DNA from: a virus
Taxonomy: Duplodnaviria; Caudoviricetes
Length of the DNA: 26,139 nucleotides
Strand: one strand, 5' to 3'
IMG/VR virus record: IMGVR_UViG_3300032093_000733
Location: 1 to 26,139 of that record
Translations under genes and position numbers: made by a program
Notes under the pieces: generated by a model
Seen by the model: only the letters and a program-made list of their open reading frames with translations
What the model was told of the DNA's origin: nothing
The model's database searches: none
Shown: one piece after another, positions 1-9,176 of the stretch
How the letters are laid out: every line of letters begins with the position of its first letter
How positions within the stretch are numbered: the first letter of the stretch is position 1

Positions 1-18
1 TCGTTAGTTGATTTACGC

Positions 19-55
19 GGGCCTCATATCCGTCTGGGGAAACGGTATGGCTCCC
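19..55 (-). promoter_or_regulatory. Structured intergenic leader (imperfect hairpin) downstream of the 428-aa gene
   Basis: Minus strand GGGAGCCATACCGT-TTCCCCAG-ACGGATATGAGGCCC can pair GCC/GGC, CATA/TATG and CCGT/ACGG. Confidence 0.35.
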
Positions 56-77
56 ACTACTGGTATTGTTATCACTC

Positions 78-100
78 CACTAGGCCAGTCGTTCTAGTGG
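78..100. other. Inverted repeat CCACTAG..CTAGTGG just after the stop of the 428-aa gene
   Basis: ccactag-gccagtcgtt-ctagtgg, 7-bp stem; no U-tract, so not called a terminator. Confidence 0.4.
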
Positions 101-109
101 CAGGCTTAT

Positions 110-1396
110 TTAGATTGAGCCAGCGCGTTCTCTGGCTAGTACTCCGCGACCAGATCTGCCACTAAATTCGGCTTTTTCTAGTTCGGTAAGTTGTTTAGTT
201 TGTCTGATTGCTTCTGCTGAACCAAGCGTATTAAGTACTGCCTGTTCTGCTGTCTGTTGTGTGTAAGGATCTTGGTTATAGATTGAGGCAAGTTGTCCAC
301 CACGAATAGAGGCTTCAGCAATAGTAGGCGCTGCCGCTTGATAGCGTGCTCCTGTGATGTTTTCACCAACAAGTGCTTCAGCACCCATCTTAGTTGCTTG
401 CAAACCAGCAGCCCTCTGTGCCGCACCAATCTCAGAAGCACTTACCTTACGCTTAATATCAGATATAGCGTTACTTGGGTTAAGAACAAAATCAAGGAAA
501 TCGCCGTCATTAAGATCTGGGTAAAACTTCTTAGCAGTATCTAGGACCAACTTGTTTGCGTTAAGGACCTTCTGGCCTTCCATAATTCTTTCTTCAAAAG
601 TAATTGGATTTATGTTTTTGGCAATGGCATCTTCAAAGTATTGCTGAACCCCTAGTTCACCACGTGTGTAGTACTTCGCTGGTAATCCATAGTTCTGTGC
701 AATTTGCTGGTACTTATCTTCAAGACCTAAATAAGTTGCTTCGTCAATAGCTGCAAATCCATTAGCTACACGCTTAGCGTTAGCAGCAAAGCGCTTCTGG
801 TATGCCTTTGAATTACGCAGTGCTATGGTACGTTCAGACGCTGATTGGCTATTGATAATGCTCTGCTTAACATCTGATACTAGACTTCCTAAACCAAGTT
901 TATCAAACTCTGCATATAGAATATCGTAGGCTGATACACGTCCTGCTAAATTCTTTGCAGCAGCATCGGCAGTAGCAGCGGCAGCAGTGGCTTGAAGCGT
1001 ACCTTTTCTACGGATCTTTTCTGTTTTGTCATCATATACATCAATGATATCGCCAGTTGTTGGATCGGTGTAGGTAGAGATAATCTTTGGTTCTACGACT
1101 ACTTTTTTCTCTGGTATGAACTCTTCAGAAGCAGCGATTGGAACTGTTCCATCTTGTGCGACTCCATTGGCATCTACATCTACTGGTCCATTTACAGTCT
1201 GGACTATACCTGCCGGAACCCAAGAATTTTCCATTTCAACTTGAACTGGGTTAACAGTTTCATTTACTTTAACTCCAGCAACAACTCCAGCACCTAGACC
1301 ACCAAGTGGTCCAACTTGTTTAATAGCATTTGCATTGGTTGCAGCCTTTGCTTTTGCTGCCATTTTTGCATCGTACATAGCGTCTTTTGATGCCAT
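110..1396 (-). CDS. Putative virion structural / internal (ejection) protein, 428 aa
   Basis: Long ORF co-oriented and tightly packed with the portal/terminase operon; Ala/Gln-rich helical C-terminus; no catalytic motif. Confidence 0.6.
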   Translation of the reverse strand: MASKDAMYDAKMAAKAKAATNANAIKQVGPLGGLGAGVVAGVKVNETVNPVQVEMENSWVPAGIVQTVNGPVDVDANGVAQDGTVPIAASEEFIPEKKVVVEPKIISTYTDPTTGDIIDVYDDKTEKIRRKGTLQATAAAATADAAAKNLAGRVSAYDILYAEFDKLGLGSLVSDVKQSIINSQSASERTIALRNSKAYQKRFAANAKRVANGFAAIDEATYLGLEDKYQQIAQNYGLPAKYYTRGELGVQQYFEDAIAKNINPITFEERIMEGQKVLNANKLVLDTAKKFYPDLNDGDFLDFVLNPSNAISDIKRKVSASEIGAAQRAAGLQATKMGAEALVGENITGARYQAAAPTIAEASIRGGQLASIYNQDPYTQQTAEQAVLNTLGSAEAIRQTKQLTELEKAEFSGRSGRGVLARERAGSI

Positions 1397-1400
1397 TTAT

Positions 1401-3062
1401 TTACCCCTGGAATCCAAAGTCACGTAGCACTTGAAGTGCTACATCTGATACTTCTTGCTTAGCATTTTCTGTATATTGCCAACGATTGTCTGCTTTAAGT
1501 TGCTTCTTAAAGTCATACAAATTCATATCGCCTTTATCGGTGATGGCACTACGAAGTAGTGGGTCATTAAGATCAATCTGGTCTGGATCACCAATCTCAA
1601 GTACGTTAGCCATAGCTGTTCGGTAAGGCTTAAATACCTGATCCAAGTTATATCCCTGAGCCAGTAGGTCACGGACATACTGTGGCTGTCCTTGTGCTGC
1701 CATCTTTCGTGCATCTGAGATGACTCGATTAACGTCAATCTTTCCTGTTGCGATTCCTTGTAGGACTTGGTCTACGCTAGATCCACCAGGGACAATATCT
1801 GCCAACTGGAACCCATTATTACGGGCAGCCTTTACCAATTCATTGTAGTTCTGAAGTGCTTGTCCTGAATAACCTTCGGTAGTTTTACCACCGATTGTTC
1901 CAGCTACTGCACGGATAGATGACGCTAGGAAGTCATCAATAAATGTTTCATCTTCTTCTTTGTTTGTAAGGTATATGTTTTCAGCAGCCTTACGAAGCGC
2001 AACTGGATCTGATGCAGCAGCTGAACCAATTTTAACTGCACGATTTTCAAGCTGACGAACGATGGCTTCAATGTCCTGCTCGTATTGGGTGGTACCTTGT
2101 GCTCGACCACTCTCTTGCAGATCACGATAGTTGTAGTACTGAACAAAGCGATCTTTGATTCCTTTTGAGTTCTGCTTGTACCAAACATCGTTACGAATAC
2201 GACGAACAAATTCGTCATCCGTCATCTTGCTCTTTGGGTTTACATATTCTTCAAAGATTGTTCGTAGGCTATCAATGTTCTTAAATAGAGATTCAGATAG
2301 TCCGTACTTTTCTGCAATGTCCCTGACACCGGCTACCTTATCTACAGGAGGAAGTGCGTTAGGTCCGACCTCTACCTTTTCTGGTGCTTCTCCAGTAGCA
2401 GGTTTAATATCTGCAACTTTAATTACTTCTCCAGTAACTGGATTACGGGTAGTTGCTTCTGCCTTAACCTTTGGCTTTGCAGGAGTTTCTTTTGCAGGGC
2501 CTTGAATTGGAACTTCAGATGGTGTCTCTGCCATTACCTTTGGCGTAGATGGTGGAGTAACTCCAGTTTCAGGCTCATTAAATGTAGCAACCTTTTTGCC
2601 TAGGAGCTTTGCACGGGCAGAGACAAGAGACGCTGGACGCTTATTGATTGCTGTAAGTGCGCTTTGGTAGTCATCTACCAGTGCATCTATATCATCTCTA
2701 ATCTTTTGAGCATCATCACTTTCTGGATCAAGTTGAAGAGCAAGGGCTTCTTCTAATCTTGCATACTCACGTTCAATATCTTTGGCTTTTTCTTTACCTT
2801 TTTCTGAACGTTGTTCAGCAACAAAATCGCTTAATACTTTTTTTGCTTCTTTGAGTTCCTTTTGAAGATCCTCAATGATGGCTTCATCAACTTTAAGTTT
2901 TGCTAAAGACTTAGCGCGTAACTCTTCTGAATAATCAACACCTTGTGCAAACTTCTTGCTGGTTTTAATTCCGCGATTGACATATGCAATCCTATTTTCA
3001 AGACGATTTACTTTGTCTTTAAGACGTTGTTCTTCATTTCTTTGGGTTGGCTGTAGTGGCAT
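1401..3062 (-). CDS. Putative virion structural / internal protein, 553 aa
   Basis: N-terminal coiled coil, Pro/Glu/Thr-rich linker, helical C-terminal domain; TAATG-coupled to the upstream gene. Confidence 0.6.
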   Translation of the reverse strand: MPLQPTQRNEEQRLKDKVNRLENRIAYVNRGIKTSKKFAQGVDYSEELRAKSLAKLKVDEAIIEDLQKELKEAKKVLSDFVAEQRSEKGKEKAKDIEREYARLEEALALQLDPESDDAQKIRDDIDALVDDYQSALTAINKRPASLVSARAKLLGKKVATFNEPETGVTPPSTPKVMAETPSEVPIQGPAKETPAKPKVKAEATTRNPVTGEVIKVADIKPATGEAPEKVEVGPNALPPVDKVAGVRDIAEKYGLSESLFKNIDSLRTIFEEYVNPKSKMTDDEFVRRIRNDVWYKQNSKGIKDRFVQYYNYRDLQESGRAQGTTQYEQDIEAIVRQLENRAVKIGSAAASDPVALRKAAENIYLTNKEEDETFIDDFLASSIRAVAGTIGGKTTEGYSGQALQNYNELVKAARNNGFQLADIVPGGSSVDQVLQGIATGKIDVNRVISDARKMAAQGQPQYVRDLLAQGYNLDQVFKPYRTAMANVLEIGDPDQIDLNDPLLRSAITDKGDMNLYDFKKQLKADNRWQYTENAKQEVSDVALQVLRDFGFQG

Positions 3063-3712
3063 TACTGTAGCCCTCCAAGTTCTCTTAGCAGTAACTCATT
3101 AGCGCTTTCAGCACGAGTCTTTTCTGCTGCTCCTGTTTGTGAAATCTTCTCTGTAATAAACTGCTCTTCGTTAATGCCACCTGTTTGTACTAGGTTTCCA
3201 GATGCGTCATAGCGCTGAACGGTAGGGTTCTGCTTTTCAGCACGACGAATATCTTTTCTGGCTGCTTCTAATTCTTTGGCAGTTGGTCCGTATCCCGTAA
3301 GTTTCTGATATAACTTTGTTACAAGAGAATCAATGTCTGTGTCATTGGCAATATAAGTCTGGCTTATGGTTCTTGCTTTTCCGTCACCACCAGTTTCGCC
3401 AAAACTGATTTGTTCGTTTAAGAACTCATCGCGTCCTACTGGACGGATAGCAGCGATAGATAGACGATCTTCTTCTGCTCTATCCAAAGCCTTTTGGAAA
3501 GCAGGTGTATACTTAGTAGTTACAGGACCTTTATAGTATCCGGCAGACTTTAGGAGCTTAGAATATCCGCTGATAAGAGCAGGGCTTTTAGCAAGAGCCT
3601 TCTTAAAAGCACTATATTCGGTAAGTGATGTAGCAGTTGGGCTACCATCTTGCTGAACTTCTACCTCAGATTGTATCTTGGCTATGCCTTTACTTGTTCC
3701 TACGCCAGCCAT
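3062..3712 (-). CDS. Putative virion protein, 216 aa, with a peptidoglycan-binding-like segment
   Basis: LLKSAGYYKGPVTTKYTPAFQKAL resembles the PG_binding_1 pattern (LxxxGY..G.....T..A); abuts neighbouring genes. Confidence 0.5.
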   Translation of the reverse strand: MAGVGTSKGIAKIQSEVEVQQDGSPTATSLTEYSAFKKALAKSPALISGYSKLLKSAGYYKGPVTTKYTPAFQKALDRAEEDRLSIAAIRPVGRDEFLNEQISFGETGGDGKARTISQTYIANDTDIDSLVTKLYQKLTGYGPTAKELEAARKDIRRAEKQNPTVQRYDASGNLVQTGGINEEQFITEKISQTGAAEKTRAESANELLLRELGGLQ

Positions 3713-6700
3713 TTAGTCTCCTAACAATCTACCAAAGAGCACGTTGTAGGCACTCTGTGTATTTTCGTTGTACGTTGCAAGTTCTCTCATTTTAAGAATA
3801 GTCTCTTCCTTATTCATAGTTGCAAGGAATTGGCTACCACCAAAGGTATCTAGTTCATCCTTTGTTGTCTTGTAATCGTTGTAAAGTTTAAGCATCTCAC
3901 GAAGTTTATTTGCAACATCAGGTGAAGCTGCGAACGCTGACTTATTAGAAAGCATTTCCTGAAGGTCATTAAGAGCCTTCATACGCTCAATAGCCTTCTT
4001 GCCTCCTTGGGCAAGTTCTTCTTGAACTAATGGTCTACCTGCCTTGAAGGTTGTAGCCCAACCTTGGAACTCCTGACGAAGTTGTGAACGCTCGAAGTCT
4101 GTGCTTACTGCTTCAAGATTTGTTTCGTACTCGTTCTTCTTTTCGTAGTAAGTCTGCATATCTGCTGCTGTCTGTACTTCACGCAAGAAATCATCTACGC
4201 GCTTGTTCTGACGTAGACCCATATCGGTCATAGTCTTGTAAGCATCCCAAGAGTATCCGCCCTTGTGAGGGATAAGGAAGGCTGCTGCCTGTGGATAATC
4301 CTTGAACAACTTCTCGTTAGACTCTACAAAGTCGCCAGACTCCTGTGCATAACGGAAGTATGCAACAGTCGAACGGTCTGATTCAGAGATAGTAAATGGC
4401 ATTTGGTCTGGATAACGCTTGACCCATTCAGCCATAGCAGTATCGTAATCACCATACTTATCTAAAATTCCATACCAAGTCTGCTTGAATGATGCTTCAC
4501 CATTGTCGCGTACCCAGTCAGCCATATCAGACTTGAGCATTACCTGTGCTGTAGCAGGTGCTGTGAATCCGTAGATAACACGCATACCAAGGATACTCAT
4601 TGTAGTATTCTTCAGTTGCAAACGGTACTTTTCCAAATCAGCTGCGCTGAATGGGACAGGCACCTTTTCTCCGTTAACAATCTTGTATTCCTGTTGTAGT
4701 CCGTGACCTGATGCCTCAAGATAAGTCATAGCCTTACGCATTGCTGATGCGTACTGACCATCACGCTCATCTTTGTTCATAGCAGAGTAGATACGGTTTA
4801 CGTGTGCTGGCAAGAAAGCAGAAACCATTGGTTGATCTTCTGCATACTTACCTAAAAGTGTAGTTGTAATGCGGTCTGCTGCACCTGGGTTGAATATATT
4901 CACTAGGTTTGCTGCAACTTTGATCGAGAATCCAGATAAAGGACCGGCAAGAGTAGGGATAGCAGACTCTGGATTAAGCGAAGGTGTAATCATCTTCAAC
5001 TTAGCGCCAAACTCTACAGGGAAAGGTACCTTAAACTCTGCTGGTACACCTAACGCTGCCATTGTAGTCTGAACTGCCTTGTAAACATACTGAGTTCCTG
5101 GGTATAGGAAGTATGGCTCACCTTGATCGTCGTACTGAACCCAACCTGAGTGTGTTACGCCCTCATAAGTAAGGCTTGCTCTAACGATTGCCTCTGGGTT
5201 GTAGCGTACAACGCGATAAACACGACGATAGAAGTCCTCAGTAGCACGATAGAAGCGTGCAAAGTTACGAATACCAAAGGCTAACTGTGTCTGAACCGCA
5301 GGATTATCTACATAAGCAAGGGTTTGTAGACGTGCTCGATCTTCTGCGATCTCTGCAAGTTTATATTTAGCGTTTTCTGTAGCACGTTCTAGTGCTTTAG
5401 GAGCTGTAATACCTTTAGTATGTGAAGCAATGAAGGCATCTTCAAAACCAGTGCTCTTGAAGTCTTTACGAATCTTAATCATCTCAGAAAGAACCATAGG
5501 TTCACGTGAGAAACGGGCATTAGCGTTACCTAACCAGTCCCAACCCCACTCCATAAAGGATGTGGCATAGTTACCTGTATCGGTAATAGGTACTAACTGT
5601 GGTCCAACGATGTAGGTTGGTACATCTGCCTCTGCTTTAGGTAAATCATCTAGTCCAAGTTTACCAGTGACACGGTATTCCCCAAGTTCATCATCAAATG
5701 AACGCACCTTTGAGAGAAGATTTTGGTTGATCTTGCCATCTTTCTTAACAAAGAGTTGTTTTGCTGCATCATAGATGCGCTTTGCGTGCTCTTCTCTGGA
5801 AATTCCACGCTCTTCCATACGGAAGGCTGATACCAACTTAGAGTTTTTAGGATCATTAAGCCAGTTAGCAATCTTTGCAACTGCTGCTGCTTCTCCTGCT
5901 GCATCATCTGCTAGGTTAGCAACTGCAATACGACCTAACTTGTCGTTTGAGTAGTAACCAATGCGATAAATCCAAGATACTTGGTTTGCTTCGTTAGCCA
6001 ATGGAGCCATCTGGGTATATCCAGCCTTGCCTCTGGCAAGAGCAGTATTACCCTTTGGTAGATCATAAGATAGTTCTGCTGTGCGAACCTTGTTTTTACG
6101 AGTAAAGTTAACGGTACGTGTGTAAGCATCCATTCCGGTAAAGGCATTTTTGCTACCTTCGACAACATCCATAAGAGCATTGTCTAGGTCGCCGTACTTG
6201 ATCTGATCGGCTAGTGCCAAACGATCTTCTTTAGTAAATCTTCCAAGCCCTGTGCTTTCATAGAAACGGGCCATCTTGCCTTCATTAAGAGCGTTAGCTG
6301 TAATCTCACGGATCTTCTTAATATCTCCGTCTGCTGCTTTAATCAAAGCTCCGTAGTTCTTTGCTTCTCTTTTATTGATAAAGCGCATAACTGAACCAAG
6401 TGAGTTTGCGCTTGCCTTGTCAAATTTACTTAAACCTTCTTCAACTTGACGTGCTGTGCGTAGACGGGTTGATAAACCACGTGCTTTAGCCAAACCATAT
6501 GGTGACTCACCAATAGCAAGGTGTACAAGTAGATCTTCTGTTGCGTTACGGATAGCATAACGTGGACCGGCAAGGGTTGCAAATGACCATAGGCTTGTCA
6601 TCTTCTCTACCCATTCAGAGTGTGCCAAACCGAACAAACGCTGGACAAGCCCTGAACGAGCTGCTCCTCTATCAATATCTCGGACACTAAGTGTGGTCAC

Positions 6701-8392
6701 GTAATCTGACACATCAGACAAGATAAGAGCAACTTGCTCACCATCTGGAAGCGCTGCTGGGTTATAGCCAGTCACAGGATCTGTAGAAGCAAACACCTTA
6801 TTAGGACCTAGACGCAAAGGATCGGCAATAATCTTGCCTTCTTTGGTTACGTTAAGTCCACGAATATCTGCGATAGTAGATTGCAGGCCGTAGAAGATTT
6901 CCTTCTTGCGTCCTACTTCAGCATTATCAAATGCCTGAGCAATGAGTTTAGAATCGTTCTTAGGCAATACCAAGCGTGCGTAACGGTATACCTTTTGAGC
7001 ACCATCGGCTGATGTTACATCAAATAGGCTATCTTCAAAAAAAGGTATGATGCTGAACTTAGCCTTAAAGCGATCAATTCGATACTGGACCTGTGCCATT
7101 GAAAAACGTGCTGTTCTTCTAGCATCTGCTTGTGCCTTGACGTTTGTAACTATAGTTTCTTTGCCATCAATAATTGCTTTGGCAATACCATCATCTGTAG
7201 CAGCGCCTGCAAAGTAATTATCGTCAATAAAGCGTGGACCAATTTTGTCCATATTAAAAACTTTATTTGCTGTAGTTACTGTATTGACACGAGCCTGACG
7301 TAAAGGGTCCATACGTGGGATCATCACGCGCTTGCGCCCGATCTGGCCCTTCATCATCTCTTCTACTTGCTTTGCATTTTGAAAAAATGCTTTAGCAGTA
7401 TCAGCGTTTGTGATAGGTACATCAATATCAATAAATGACTTGATTACCGGATCACCAAACTCTGGGGCTAATATCCCTAGACGCTTCTTGATATCTACAG
7501 CTTCTTTTGTAGCACCTTCAGTAATAGCCTTTTTGTAGTTAGAAAGTTCTGCGCCGTACTGATTCCAGAAGTTTTGGACCTGTGGTTTAGCAAATACTTC
7601 GGCAACTTTATTACCACCGACAACTACATCTAGTGAGTAGCGTGATATGTCAACTGCACGCTTTATCTTTCCACCAATAATAAGTGGATCTGCAAGAACA
7701 CGGAAGGCTGCATCAAATGCGCCGGATACTGAACGATAGAAGAATCCTGAACCTTCAACCTCTTCAGGTGTAATAAGGTTAGCAATTTGGCGACCAGGTG
7801 AGTACTTAGCTGCCTGTGTTGCATCTAGCGCATCTTGGAAAAAATCATCTTTGTTCTGTGCAGCAAGGGCTGCAATTCCACGTTCGGCTTCAGTTCCGCT
7901 ACTTGCGATATCGCTTAGTTTCTCACCAGAGGCTACACGCATTGCTACATTAACGCGATCTGTACCAAACTTAGACTTAGCCTTTTCAATACGACCAGTG
8001 TTAAATACCTTGTCGCCTTTATCGTTGGCTTCTGTCCAAGCAAATCCTAGTTCACCGCGTTCTGCAATAGGAATAACTGCTGCGCGGTATGCACGTGTTG
8101 TAAGATCTGACACTTCTTGTAGACCAGAAAGAAGCGCACCGCCGGTGTAGTGCCAAGCACTTCCCCACCAGCCACGCTGTTCTTTTTCCGCAGGGTTTTG
8201 TTCTCCTGCTACACGCTTGAGAGCTGCCTGTTGTTCAGGTGTCTTAGAACTATATGCTTGCTTGGCTACATTAGATGGAAGGTTAGATAGTTCTCTATGA
8301 ACTGATAGCGTCTTTTGCAACGCTTCCATTGCTTTTTTTTCTTCTGGAGTCAAACCCGCAGCAGCTGAAGCTGCTTTTAGATTATCAGCCAT
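3713..8392 (-). CDS. Large virion structural protein (podovirus internal/ejection-protein-like), 1559 aa
   Basis: Very long, mostly alpha-helical-looking ORF in the structural operon; no tape-measure-type Trp repeats or polymerase motifs recognised. Confidence 0.65.
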   Translation of the reverse strand: MADNLKAASAAAGLTPEEKKAMEALQKTLSVHRELSNLPSNVAKQAYSSKTPEQQAALKRVAGEQNPAEKEQRGWWGSAWHYTGGALLSGLQEVSDLTTRAYRAAVIPIAERGELGFAWTEANDKGDKVFNTGRIEKAKSKFGTDRVNVAMRVASGEKLSDIASSGTEAERGIAALAAQNKDDFFQDALDATQAAKYSPGRQIANLITPEEVEGSGFFYRSVSGAFDAAFRVLADPLIIGGKIKRAVDISRYSLDVVVGGNKVAEVFAKPQVQNFWNQYGAELSNYKKAITEGATKEAVDIKKRLGILAPEFGDPVIKSFIDIDVPITNADTAKAFFQNAKQVEEMMKGQIGRKRVMIPRMDPLRQARVNTVTTANKVFNMDKIGPRFIDDNYFAGAATDDGIAKAIIDGKETIVTNVKAQADARRTARFSMAQVQYRIDRFKAKFSIIPFFEDSLFDVTSADGAQKVYRYARLVLPKNDSKLIAQAFDNAEVGRKKEIFYGLQSTIADIRGLNVTKEGKIIADPLRLGPNKVFASTDPVTGYNPAALPDGEQVALILSDVSDYVTTLSVRDIDRGAARSGLVQRLFGLAHSEWVEKMTSLWSFATLAGPRYAIRNATEDLLVHLAIGESPYGLAKARGLSTRLRTARQVEEGLSKFDKASANSLGSVMRFINKREAKNYGALIKAADGDIKKIREITANALNEGKMARFYESTGLGRFTKEDRLALADQIKYGDLDNALMDVVEGSKNAFTGMDAYTRTVNFTRKNKVRTAELSYDLPKGNTALARGKAGYTQMAPLANEANQVSWIYRIGYYSNDKLGRIAVANLADDAAGEAAAVAKIANWLNDPKNSKLVSAFRMEERGISREEHAKRIYDAAKQLFVKKDGKINQNLLSKVRSFDDELGEYRVTGKLGLDDLPKAEADVPTYIVGPQLVPITDTGNYATSFMEWGWDWLGNANARFSREPMVLSEMIKIRKDFKSTGFEDAFIASHTKGITAPKALERATENAKYKLAEIAEDRARLQTLAYVDNPAVQTQLAFGIRNFARFYRATEDFYRRVYRVVRYNPEAIVRASLTYEGVTHSGWVQYDDQGEPYFLYPGTQYVYKAVQTTMAALGVPAEFKVPFPVEFGAKLKMITPSLNPESAIPTLAGPLSGFSIKVAANLVNIFNPGAADRITTTLLGKYAEDQPMVSAFLPAHVNRIYSAMNKDERDGQYASAMRKAMTYLEASGHGLQQEYKIVNGEKVPVPFSAADLEKYRLQLKNTTMSILGMRVIYGFTAPATAQVMLKSDMADWVRDNGEASFKQTWYGILDKYGDYDTAMAEWVKRYPDQMPFTISESDRSTVAYFRYAQESGDFVESNEKLFKDYPQAAAFLIPHKGGYSWDAYKTMTDMGLRQNKRVDDFLREVQTAADMQTYYEKKNEYETNLEAVSTDFERSQLRQEFQGWATTFKAGRPLVQEELAQGGKKAIERMKALNDLQEMLSNKSAFAASPDVANKLREMLKLYNDYKTTKDELDTFGGSQFLATMNKEETILKMRELATYNENTQSAYNVLFGRLLGD

Positions 8393-8796
8393 TAGTCACC
8401 TCGCGCAACTGCTTCTGAATACAAGATAGCAATAGAACCATCTGTGTCAAAAGGTAAAAGTTTTGCTAAAGTGTCGGAAGTCTTAACTGCTGATTTTGTC
8501 ATCATTAGTGCTTCTGATCCTGGGCCTGGGCCTCGATCTAAGCCAGCAGTAATAGGACGTACATCATTAGACATTGCAAATAATTCTGTAGGTTGTGCAG
8601 GTGCAGGACGTAATCTATCTTGTGGTTCTGCTACTGCATCTGGAGTTGTACCTAGTGGAGCACCTGACTTAATAGCCTGCGTCTCAACACCTTCTCCGTA
8701 TGCAATGGAACCCATCTTCATTTCTGGCGTGCCAATGTCTGTACGCTTGGCATAAACACTTGGGCCAGAAACGCCAGCTATAGGATTTTCAGCCAT
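8392..8796 (-). CDS. Hypothetical structural-region protein, 134 aa
   Basis: GGAGGG RBS upstream of ATG; Pro/Gly-rich; TAATG-coupled to the 1559-aa gene. Confidence 0.7.
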   Translation of the reverse strand: MAENPIAGVSGPSVYAKRTDIGTPEMKMGSIAYGEGVETQAIKSGAPLGTTPDAVAEPQDRLRPAPAQPTELFAMSNDVRPITAGLDRGPGPGSEALMMTKSAVKTSDTLAKLLPFDTDGSIAILYSEAVARGD

Positions 8797-9019
8797 CTGT
8801 TCCCTCCTGTAACTGTTCTAGGTCTGTGGTCATTTCTTCCCACGCTTGCATTGTTTTTGTCTTTTGGTTTGAATGATAAATACTAAGTTCAAATAATTCT
8901 GAAAAGAATGTTTCTAATACTTGCGATAAATTGTAAAGAGCACCTGTAAATATAACAAGTAAATCTGTTGGGCGTACAGGGCGTGGAACCCTATCGTTGT
9001 GATTCAGCACCCTGTACAC
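8789..9019 (-). CDS. Hypothetical protein, 76 aa
   Basis: GTG start after GAAGG; 8-bp overlap with the next gene; fills the gap in the operon. Confidence 0.55.
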   Translation of the reverse strand: MYRVLNHNDRVPRPVRPTDLLVIFTGALYNLSQVLETFFSELFELSIYHSNQKTKTMQAWEEMTTDLEQLQEGTDG

Positions 9020-9030
9020 CCTTCAGTAAA

Positions 9031-9159
9031 TTAAGCCTTCTTGCCTTTGCGAGCAGCTGGAGCGTAGCCAAACTTGACTTCTCCACCCTTAACTGAACCA
9101 GCCTTTGTATCAACCTTAACTGGCTGTACTGGAGCCTTTGCGTGTGTTCCCTTGTTCAT
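9031..9159 (-). CDS. Small basic protein, 42 aa (MNKGTHAKAPVQPVKVDTKAGSVKGGEVKFGYAPAARKGKKA); not in ORF track
   Basis: Strong SD AAGGAGG 6 nt upstream of ATG; immediately downstream of the portal; Lys-rich. Confidence 0.75.
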   Translation of the reverse strand: MNKGTHAKAPVQPVKVDTKAGSVKGGEVKFGYAPAARKGKKA

Positions 9160-9176
9160 AGTGCGCCTCCTTTCCT

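Noticed and set aside
3713-8392. Virion RNA polymerase or tape measure identity for the 1559-aa protein
   Set aside because: No DxDGD or T7-type polymerase motifs and no tape-measure periodicity or tail-chaperone context recognised.
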